Part shown: positions 28,565-35,949 of the stretch, one piece after another
Numbering within the stretch: position 1 is the stretch's first letter
Layout: every line of letters begins with the position of its first letter
Origin: Pseudomonas duriflava
GTDB taxonomy: Bacteria; Pseudomonadota; Gammaproteobacteria; Pseudomonadales; Pseudomonadaceae
Length of the DNA stretch: 40,000 nucleotides
Direction: 5' to 3'
Assembly (NCBI RefSeq): GCF_007830155.1
Contig: NZ_VLKY01000016.1
Location: 34,771 to 74,770 of the forward strand
Program-made: the position numbers and the translations under genes
The notes under the pieces: generated by a model
Seen by the model: the letters and a program-made list of their open reading frames with translations, nothing else
Told to the model about the DNA's origin: nothing
The model's database searches: none

Positions 28565-29688
28565 TATCGTATGCTGGTTATATAAAGACGTAACAATGTG
28601 TCTTGCAAAGTTTTTATATCTTTCTTTGTATGTTCAAGTTCGTTCCAGGCAATATCTATGCCTGGCCATTTGCCAGAGGTCCACGCACAATGAGGTACTA
28701 TTCGAGAGATTTCTTGTACAAGACTTTCGTAATTATTATTGTAGCCATTGAGCTTTGCATAAATACGGTCCATTAACACTCCCATAGCAATAATGCCTGC
28801 TGAGTGCATAAGGCGGCTATTTTTAGGGTCAAGGCCCCATGCGCTTGGAAAGCACTGTTTTACAGCTTTCCAAAAATGTACTAGTAATTGATACATGGCC
28901 TCTACATTTGCCGCTTCGTCATTACTGGATTTGTAGGGATAGAGCGCTCCTAACGGATTACTCATACTATGTTTGATCATGGTGATGACCGAAGTATCTG
29001 TAACGACAGATGAAGTATCTTTTTGATCTGAAAGACGCTTAATGAGCTTATAAAACGGAGATTCAGGATCCCGATTAAGTAAACCGCATAGTTCGGCAGG
29101 TGCTTTTTTAGCGCTAAGCTCTTTGGGTAATAAAATACTACTTGTTTCCGGCAGTAACTCATTAATCAGCCGGGTTGGAAGCGGCTTAGCCTTATTAACT
29201 AAAATAAATTGCTCTCGCTGAGTTGTTAGATTGTCGGAAACAAAGCCAACAACAGGAACAGGCAAGTCAGCGTTTTCAGCTTTAGCTAGCGCTAACGAGC
29301 GTTGTTGACCATCAACAATCCAAGCAGAGCGCTCCCCCATTTTATGAATCGGTATACGTAATGTTCCAGCTTGAGCTATGCCTTCATCGCCCGTTGGTTT
29401 TGTTCCTCGAGAGGCTGTGAATTTAATATCTGAAGACAGGGCTAGAATAATCGCGTTTGGAAATAATACATTTCCTTGGTTTAAGTACTGAATAATGCCT
29501 TTTACGTGGCTTCGGATCTCAGGCCTTTGAAAGCCTTTCAAAGCATTACTCTCATCACGAGCCAGGCGGGTTATGTCAGCAATTCTGACAAGATCTGAAC
29601 CTCTAATAAACAAAGCATAGACGTCTAAATCATCACCTTGAGTGGTTCGAAGTGCTCGAACGACAATCTCTTGATAAATCTCCGTCAT
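28564..29688 (-). CDS. DGQHR/DndB-like ParB-superfamily protein, divergent DpdB-like paralog 2 (immediately upstream of dpdA).
   Basis: GFQRPEIRSHVKGIIQYL, FPNAIILAL, WIVDGQQRSLAL and QFILVNKAKPLPTRLINELLPE. It is colinear with paralogs 1 and 3 but much more divergent. Its stop overlaps the dpdA start by 1 nt. Confidence 0.75.
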   Translation of the reverse strand: MTEIYQEIVVRALRTTQGDDLDVYALFIRGSDLVRIADITRLARDESNALKGFQRPEIRSHVKGIIQYLNQGNVLFPNAIILALSSDIKFTASRGTKPTGDEGIAQAGTLRIPIHKMGERSAWIVDGQQRSLALAKAENADLPVPVVGFVSDNLTTQREQFILVNKAKPLPTRLINELLPETSSILLPKELSAKKAPAELCGLLNRDPESPFYKLIKRLSDQKDTSSVVTDTSVITMIKHSMSNPLGALYPYKSSNDEAANVEAMYQLLVHFWKAVKQCFPSAWGLDPKNSRLMHSAGIIAMGVLMDRIYAKLNGYNNNYESLVQEISRIVPHCAWTSGKWPGIDIAWNELEHTKKDIKTLQDTLLRLYITSIR

Positions 29689-30620
29689 GCTTCACCTCTA
29701 GATGCGGCGCCATCCTTTAGTTGCGACCAGAGAGTTCGAAACCGCGACTGCTCGCAGGCGACTTTCGCTTCATCTCGGAGATAGCGTAGTAACCGGGTTG
29801 AACTCCCTCCATACGAAGCCCAAACCTCTTTAAGCAAGGTCAAGACCTCCTGGTCTGTAACTCGACGCCTCGCTACCTTACTAACTGTTTGCAACCGATC
29901 CATGGCCTCATTTACGGTATGACGGGCCACTGTAATGGGTTGAAAAGCGAGGTTAAGGTCCTCAATAAAGTGGAGCATTGCCCGTTGCGGGTAATCGTTT
30001 CTAGTTCCTGCTATACGTGAGCTTTCAAGTCGCTCGTCGTAGGGCATAGCAACGTGCTTAAAATGTTCTGGGAGATGTATAATCCCGGGGCGTGAAGTAA
30101 ATATTCGGATTTTTGCGGCATCTACAGCATTTATTTGCGCAAGATCATTTGCGATAAGATCGATATAATTGGCTGAGAGAGCAATTAATATGAGCCCTAC
30201 ATCAGGGCTGCCTGCCAGTTCTTTAATGGGGTAGGGCTGATTGTATTGAGTATTAATCGCGTCCCACCAATCTCGAGGGCTAGCTCCAAACTCATTGAGT
30301 TTAAGGCGAATCGAACCTGCGCCCTCGGCAACCGTTAGGTCATAAAGAGGGCAAAGGCCATCACTAGGAATAAGGCCCATTCCTGTAGAGGCAAACATCA
30401 GCTCAGCTTTCAGTGCTCGGGCTACCTTAAACGCTTCCTGAACACTTCGCCCTACATACAGGGACCCCGCCTGAACAAGAGGTTCATGCGCTTTAACTTT
30501 TTGTGCCCACAAAGCTGCCATCATCGTAAGCGATTCGCAATCTGAAGGCTCGAAAGTTACTCGCAATGAGCCACTCATACGCTTTCGGTTCGTGCAATTA
30601 GTGATGATGACAGTGCGCAT
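29685..30620 (-). CDS. Hypothetical protein; DpdC candidate (preQ0-DNA to ADG-DNA conversion) by synteny only.
   Basis: 311-aa ORF, first gene of the minus-strand operon, overlapping paralog 2 by 4 nt. N-terminal pattern IITNCTNRKR...LYVGRSVQEA...FASTGMGLIPSD...YDLT. I cannot confirm the family from memory. Confidence 0.45.
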   Translation of the reverse strand: MRTVIITNCTNRKRMSGSLRVTFEPSDCESLTMMAALWAQKVKAHEPLVQAGSLYVGRSVQEAFKVARALKAELMFASTGMGLIPSDGLCPLYDLTVAEGAGSIRLKLNEFGASPRDWWDAINTQYNQPYPIKELAGSPDVGLILIALSANYIDLIANDLAQINAVDAAKIRIFTSRPGIIHLPEHFKHVAMPYDERLESSRIAGTRNDYPQRAMLHFIEDLNLAFQPITVARHTVNEAMDRLQTVSKVARRRVTDQEVLTLLKEVWASYGGSSTRLLRYLRDEAKVACEQSRFRTLWSQLKDGAASRGEA

Positions 30621-30798
30621 AAAACTGTTGGGTCCCGTTTGCGAGGGGTTGCAGTTATTTGAATCTGTGCAATTCTAGCATCAGTAACTGCATAAGATCA
30701 TTCCAGGTAGTCTGATTTTTGTACGGGCCTGCCGTTGCTCATGTGGTTAACGTCGAGTAAGCCAGTAAAGACATATCCAGATTAGGTAGGAGAGACAA

Positions 30799-31875
30799 GT
30801 GTTACGGTTTGCAGCCATACAGGCCCTACAAAGTGACACCCATCAGGTGCTCTCATTTGCAGCTACCGTTGAGCAAGTACTTGCTATCGCAGCTATTGAT
30901 CGAGTCAAGCGAGATGACAAAGGCTTTTTACTAGGATTTCAGCGACCACTCGTATCCAAGCATATTAAAGAGATTCGCGATTATTTAGGCCGCCCAGATG
31001 CGGTTATGCCTAACGCCGTGGTGCTAGCGTTCACAAGTGGCATTAATGTCAAACGTAACGGCGGCCCCTATGTGGAACTTGAAGTGGATGCCTCCTCTGG
31101 ACCCGTAGGGTTTGTTGTTGATGGTCAGCAACGACTGTCAGCATTGGCTGGCTTGCCTACAAGTTCATTCCAAATACTTGTCTCAGCGCTGATATGCAAT
31201 AGCGCCGAGGAGTTACGGAGACAATTCATACTCGTAAACAATACAAGTCCGTTACCTAAGTCGTTGATTTATGAACTGCTACCCTCGGTTGAGGGATTGC
31301 CTCGGCGGATGAACGCTCGATCAAGGGCAGCCAGAATTGTCGAAATGTTAAATTATGACGCTCGCTCTTCTCTAAGAGGGCAGATAAAGCAACATACAAA
31401 TCCGACCGGCGTAATAGGCGACACCGGATTGCAGAAGTTAGTGATGAATTCCTTATCAGACGGGTATTGCCGATCTGTAATAGACCATGAGAATGGGGAA
31501 GAGACGTGCTTTTTGGCAATAAGCGAATTTTTCTTAGCTGTTCAGCAGGTTTTTAGTTCAGCCTGGTATGGCCATACGCCAAAGTCCTCACGCCTAGTGC
31601 ATAGCGCTGGAATTATTTCTATGGGTTTTGTGATGGAGCAGTTATGTCATGCTGGAAAGCCTTTAGCTCCAGTTTTTAAGTTAGGGCTAAGCGCGTTAAA
31701 GGGAAAAACAGCCTGGACAGTCGGCGATGGTGAATGGCCTTTTAGAGCCGGTAAAAGACCTTGGAATGGCATACAAAATCTTCACGGAGATATTCATCTG
31801 CTGACTGACTACTTAACTAAGCTGGTCCGGTCCCCTATGGGTAGTCGTCATAACAAAACAACATCAATCGAATAA
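30799..31875 (+). CDS. DGQHR/DndB-like ParB-superfamily protein, DpdB-like paralog 3 (divergently transcribed).
   Basis: GTG start with SD AGGAGA upstream. GFQRPLVSKHIKEIRDYL, MPNAVVLAF, FVVDGQQRLSAL and QFILVNNTSPLPKSLIYELLPSVEGLP. It aligns by eye end to end with paralog 1, with roughly half the positions identical. Confidence 0.75.
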   Translation: MLRFAAIQALQSDTHQVLSFAATVEQVLAIAAIDRVKRDDKGFLLGFQRPLVSKHIKEIRDYLGRPDAVMPNAVVLAFTSGINVKRNGGPYVELEVDASSGPVGFVVDGQQRLSALAGLPTSSFQILVSALICNSAEELRRQFILVNNTSPLPKSLIYELLPSVEGLPRRMNARSRAARIVEMLNYDARSSLRGQIKQHTNPTGVIGDTGLQKLVMNSLSDGYCRSVIDHENGEETCFLAISEFFLAVQQVFSSAWYGHTPKSSRLVHSAGIISMGFVMEQLCHAGKPLAPVFKLGLSALKGKTAWTVGDGEWPFRAGKRPWNGIQNLHGDIHLLTDYLTKLVRSPMGSRHNKTTSIE

Positions 31876-31887
31876 CTAGGAAATGAT

Positions 31888-32325
31888 ATGAATATCGACG
31901 TCCAAAAAACGGTCGCCTTGGTAAGCATAGAAACAGTCAAAGAGTTTTCATCTGAGCTTATAGTATTAGCCAATGTTTTTCAGGACGAACTACAGCGAAT
32001 CAGTAGGATCGACTGTGAGGCTGCGGAGCGTAGTTACGGGGTATTGATGGAGATTTACGGTCTTCGTACGCGAGCCAATATATTGTTCAACGATGCAGTT
32101 CATCATACGGTTGAAGGCTTAGACTTTACTCAGCAAGAGTTAATGGGCCTGGTCGAGCAAGTGAAATATTTAATGCCAAGCATTACAACAATAAAAACTG
32201 CAAACACGATTATTTTATCTGTTGCTACGTTTTCTGTTGCTCTAGGAGAGGGTCGGGGTAAAGTGGTTAAATTTCTTATGGATAATTTAAAAAAGCAAAT
32301 ATCTGTATTAAGCAGCTCTAGCTAA
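31888..32325 (+). CDS. Hypothetical protein.
   Basis: 145-aa ORF starting 12 nt after paralog 3, with SD AGGAAA upstream and AT-rich composition like its neighbours. No motif recognised. Confidence 0.5.
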   Translation: MNIDVQKTVALVSIETVKEFSSELIVLANVFQDELQRISRIDCEAAERSYGVLMEIYGLRTRANILFNDAVHHTVEGLDFTQQELMGLVEQVKYLMPSITTIKTANTIILSVATFSVALGEGRGKVVKFLMDNLKKQISVLSSSS

Positions 32326-32458
32326 TAGAATTATTATAAATTGTAATAAAGGGATCTATAAAATTAGGGACAGAGGTGACTGGGCAGCCAAACACCAATC
32401 TCATCTAACCTTTTCAAGTTAGTGGCGATACTTCTTTGAATAAGTAAGGGATATTCTG

Positions 32459-32692
32459 ATGAGCCTTCATTATGACGAAGACGAAAGGCCTAAAAAGCTT
32501 GATAAATTCCATTATCACGAAGCGCTTCATACCTGCGATGTGATTAGCCGGATGATCAGTACAGAACTGTGTGACCACTGGACATATGCTGAAATGAGTG
32601 ATGAGTCCAGACAGCATTTAGAGGATGCTCAGGCTTCACTATATAAATATTACTGCCTTCTTTGCGACAGGCAGGATGAGTTAAAAGATTAA
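32459..32692 (+). CDS. Hypothetical small protein.
   Basis: 77-aa ORF with SD-like AAGGGA upstream. Rich in Cys/His (HYHEALHTCD, CDHW, CLLCD). No family recognised. Confidence 0.35.
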   Translation: MSLHYDEDERPKKLDKFHYHEALHTCDVISRMISTELCDHWTYAEMSDESRQHLEDAQASLYKYYCLLCDRQDELKD

Positions 32693-33008
32693 GAAATCTG
32701 GCAGCCTACTATCCGTCGGCAACTGCATGTTTATCATTACAACCTGGCAGACCCCACTCCTACCAGCTCTTTCACTCCAGTTCAAAGCGACAATTCAACG
32801 ATAGGTACAAGACAGGTAATGACGCCCAGGGCGAGCAGAAACGAGGCGATCTAACCTATCAGCCAGACGGTCTCCAGAGCCGAAGGGCAGCTCGCATAAA
32901 GCCGGGATGATTCTTTGTAGTGCCTGCCCCGGCTACACTGCTGATCTGTTCTGACCAGACCAATTTTTCATGGAATGGGGACAGCAGATAATCAAAAGGA
33001 GGTAGGCA

Positions 33009-34559
33009 ATGCCATGGACTATAGAAAAAGCAAGCGCGTACGGTGGCGTACTGATAGACCAGCAAAGACAGGTCCTTTTACGGGAGCCCGCCAATCACTA
33101 CGACGGTTACGTATGGACCTTTGCCAAGGGCCGCCAGGACGCTGGAGAAACACCCGAGCAAACGGCGCTGCGCGAGGTGCGCGAAGAAACCGGATACCAG
33201 GCCCGGATCGTTGGAGTATTGCCTGGAGTATTCAAGGGTGGCACCACGGCAAATGCCTACTTCATCATGCAGCCCCTTGGTCCCCAGGAAGAAACTGAGT
33301 GGGAAACCCAAGCCACACGATGGGTTGGCTTTGATGAAGCACATGAGCTTATAGGCCAGACTACCAATGCGATCGGTCGCACTCGCGACCGGGAGGTACT
33401 GGCTGCGGCTCGCAACTGGCTCGAGCATAACGGCCTCTTCCCAGGGGCTAATCAACAAAAAGAACAGGTGCTAGAGCGCTTCCAGGGCTGCCTGTTAGGC
33501 GGCGCGGTGGGGGATGCCCTTGGCGCACCGGTTGAGTTCATGTCGCGCCAGGAGATACTGGACCGCTTTGGCCTTGGCGGTATTACCCGTTATGCCAGGG
33601 CCTTTGGTGGCCTGGGCAGGATTACCGATGATACCCAGATGACCCTGTTTACCGCAGAAGGCCTTCTTCGCGGCTGGGTCAGGGGCTGCCAGAGAGGCAT
33701 TACCACCTATGCCGGAGTGACCGCAAACGCTTATCTCCGGTGGCTCAGGACGCAAGGCCTGTCTCCAGCCGACACGGCAGGTCACAACAGCGAAGAGACA
33801 GGCTGGCTTTTTTCACAGCCTGAACTACATAGCCAACGTGCACCTGGTCATACCTGTCTGTCAGCTCTTCAGGACATGCAACATCCTGGGGAGCCTGCGC
33901 GAAACAACAGCAAAGGTTGTGGTGGCGTCATGCGCGTGGCGCCAGTGGGCCTGTTTGGCTGGCGCCTGGGCCAGTGCGCCTCGCCTGAGCAAACCTTTGA
34001 GCTGGGTAATGAACTTGCCGCGCTGACACATGGTCACCCCACTGGCGCACTCACCGGCGGTGTACTGGCCGTGCTGATCATGCAGTTGGTTGATGGCGGC
34101 ACGTTAACCGAGGCGCTTGAAGTGGCCAGGACTGTCCTGCGGCAGAAGCCCCATCATATGGAAACCCTGCAGGCACTTGAACACGCACAAGCCCTTTCTG
34201 CCTCAGGTCTTTCTCCTGACGAGGCTATTGCAAGGCTTGGTGAGGGCTGGATTGCCGAGGAGGCCCTGGCCATTGCGGTCTACTGCGCCCTGGTCGCAAG
34301 GGATTTCAGGCACGGGGTGGTCCTGGCTGTAAACCATGATGGTGACTCGGATTCGACTGGCGCGATTGCTGGCAACCTGTTGGGTACCCTTCATGGCATC
34401 AGGGCCATCCCTCAGGAGTGGCTAAGCCCGCTTGAGCTCCATGACGTGATCCAGGAGATGGCCTGCGATCTCTATGCCTTCAAGGATTGGGATATTGGTG
34501 AATACAGTCAGGACAGCGAATTGGTGCACCACATCTGGCGAAAATACCCTGGATGTTAA
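33009..34559 (+). CDS. NUDIX hydrolase fused to an ADP-ribosylglycohydrolase (DraG/ARH family).
   Basis: SD AAGGAGG at about 32996-33002. Canonical Nudix box GRQDAGETPEQTALREVREETGY (GX5EX7REUXEEXGU). ARH motifs in the C-terminal ~350 aa: CLLGGAVGDALGAPVEF, ITDDTQMTLFTAEGL, GDSDSTGAIAGNLLGTLHG. Confidence 0.85.
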   Translation: MPWTIEKASAYGGVLIDQQRQVLLREPANHYDGYVWTFAKGRQDAGETPEQTALREVREETGYQARIVGVLPGVFKGGTTANAYFIMQPLGPQEETEWETQATRWVGFDEAHELIGQTTNAIGRTRDREVLAAARNWLEHNGLFPGANQQKEQVLERFQGCLLGGAVGDALGAPVEFMSRQEILDRFGLGGITRYARAFGGLGRITDDTQMTLFTAEGLLRGWVRGCQRGITTYAGVTANAYLRWLRTQGLSPADTAGHNSEETGWLFSQPELHSQRAPGHTCLSALQDMQHPGEPARNNSKGCGGVMRVAPVGLFGWRLGQCASPEQTFELGNELAALTHGHPTGALTGGVLAVLIMQLVDGGTLTEALEVARTVLRQKPHHMETLQALEHAQALSASGLSPDEAIARLGEGWIAEEALAIAVYCALVARDFRHGVVLAVNHDGDSDSTGAIAGNLLGTLHGIRAIPQEWLSPLELHDVIQEMACDLYAFKDWDIGEYSQDSELVHHIWRKYPGC

Positions 34560-34584
34560 TGCCGCGTATCCGCTAGAGGGTGCA

Positions 34585-34610
34585 CAGCCATCCATTTTGC
34601 CGGATGGCTG
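34585..34610 (+). terminator. Stem-loop 26 nt downstream of the NUDIX-ARH stop; possible terminator, but with no U-tract.
   Basis: CAGCCATCC (34585-34593) and GGATGGCTG (34602-34610) form a perfect 9-bp stem with an 8-nt loop. A third segment, CCATCC (34616-34621), could pair alternatively with GGATGG. Confidence 0.3.
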
Positions 34611-34782
34611 GAGATCCATCCTTAGATGCCCACTATCCGGCGCGTCCAAACTGTTGCGCCTGTTGTCTACTAACAGGATGTACTGGCAATCCTGTGACGG
34701 ATGAGCCGATTAATCCGTATAGTTGGCTCATTTATAGAGCCGATTAGGCTATCCATTAGGCTCATTGCACCGAGGCCGCGCC

Positions 34783-35942
34783 ATGCAAACGCTAAACTGG
34801 ATCTGGCAGCAACCCGACTGGCCCGCTTTCACCTGGCAGGAAAAGGACCTGATGCAGCTCTTAAGAACCTGCAACCGGGCACAAGGACAATTGCCGGTAT
34901 GTCCGCTACCGTCGGAGACTTTACAGGGCTTCAAAACACGCTGGACACCCTGCTGCGTAACATCGTGACCTCATCAGCAATAGAAGGGGAGCCGCTCAAT
35001 GTGGGCTCGGTACGCTCATCGCTTGCCCGTCGCCTTGGCCTTGCAGACACAGGTAAGCCCAGTTCACGCAGCGAAGGCCTAGCAGAGTTGCTGCTCGATG
35101 CCACGGGCAATCAGGCCCAGCCGCTTACTCTGGAAAGGCTATACCAGTGGCACCGCTGGCTCTTTCCCCAGGACGAGTTATCTCTGGGTGTCCATATTCG
35201 TGTCGGTGCACTGCGTGGTGAGGAACCGATGCAGGTGGTCTCAGGTCGGCTTGACTGCCCTACTGTACAGTTTGAGGCGCCGCCCCGCGCCGGTCTTGAA
35301 CACCAGATGGACCGTTTTCTGGACTGGTTCGAACGCAGTCGTCAGGAGCCGGGGCTCGATCCGTTGCTGCGCGCCGGCATAGCGCATTTCTGGTTTGTAA
35401 CCCTGCATCCCTTCGACGATGGCAATGGCCGGCTTACCCGTGCGCTTACCGATCTGGCGCTTGCCCAGGGTGAGCAGCAGTCAATCCGCTTGTATACCCT
35501 GTCGGCAAGCATTCTTGATAATCGTAATGAGTACTACAGAATCCTTGAATCAAGCCAGAAGGGTACGCTGGACATCACCGCCTGGCTGGAGTGGTTCCTG
35601 CAAACGCTCCTGCAAAGCCTGGAACAGGCGATGACGCGCATTGATCGTGGGCTGGCAAAGGCTCGGTTTTGGCAGACCCACCGTACCGATGCCCTTTCCG
35701 CAGAACAGGTAAAAGTGCTCAATCGGTTGCTTGACAGCGGAGAGCGTGGATTCGAGGAGGGCATTAGCGCGGCGCAATACAAGGCAGTGGCGCAGGTCTC
35801 CAAGGCTACGGCCACGCGCCACTTGAGCGATCTCCTGAGCAGGGGCTGTATTGTTCGTTTGCCTGGCGGCGGGCGCAGCACGCGCTATGTGATTGCTCCA
35901 GCGAGCACTGGGTCATGGTTTTTATACGGGAAAGAACCCTGA
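34783..35942 (+). pseudogene. DUF4172-Fic family protein (AMPylase-type Fic), disrupted by an apparent 1-nt frameshift near 34890-34896.
   Basis: The N-terminus MQTLNWIWQQPDWPAFTWQEKDLMQLLRTCNRAQGQL (ATG 34783, frame 1) is the conserved DUF4172 start. The protein continues in another frame as AGMSATVG...LLRNIVTSSAIEGEPLNVGSVRSSLARRLGL, with the Fic motif HPFDDGNGRLTRAL. The N-terminus of the track ORF (34701, MSRLIRIVG...) looks spurious. Confidence 0.7.
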
Positions 35943-35949
35943 CTGGGAG

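Noticed and set aside
30621-30798. TTGCA-N14-TGCAA inverted repeat in the divergent promoter region between the dpdC candidate and DpdB paralog 3, considered as an operator.
   Set aside because: It has only 5-bp arms with a long spacer, which is expected by chance in 180 bp. It is not reported as a feature.
32859-33458. Overlapping alternative ORFs around the NUDIX-ARH start (32859-33065(-), 32975-33298(+), 33078-33458(-), 33121-33354(+)).
   Set aside because: They overlap, in other frames or on the other strand, a gene with a canonical Nudix box and a strong SD, and they have Arg/Pro/Gly-rich nonsense-like translations.
34701-34782. The upstream 27 codons of the 413-aa track ORF (MSRLIRIVGSFIEPIRLSIRLIAPRPRHANAKLD...) as the true Fic N-terminus.
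   Set aside because: The conserved DUF4172 N-terminus is encoded in a different frame starting at 34783. The 34701 start is best explained as a fortuitous open frame upstream of a frameshift.
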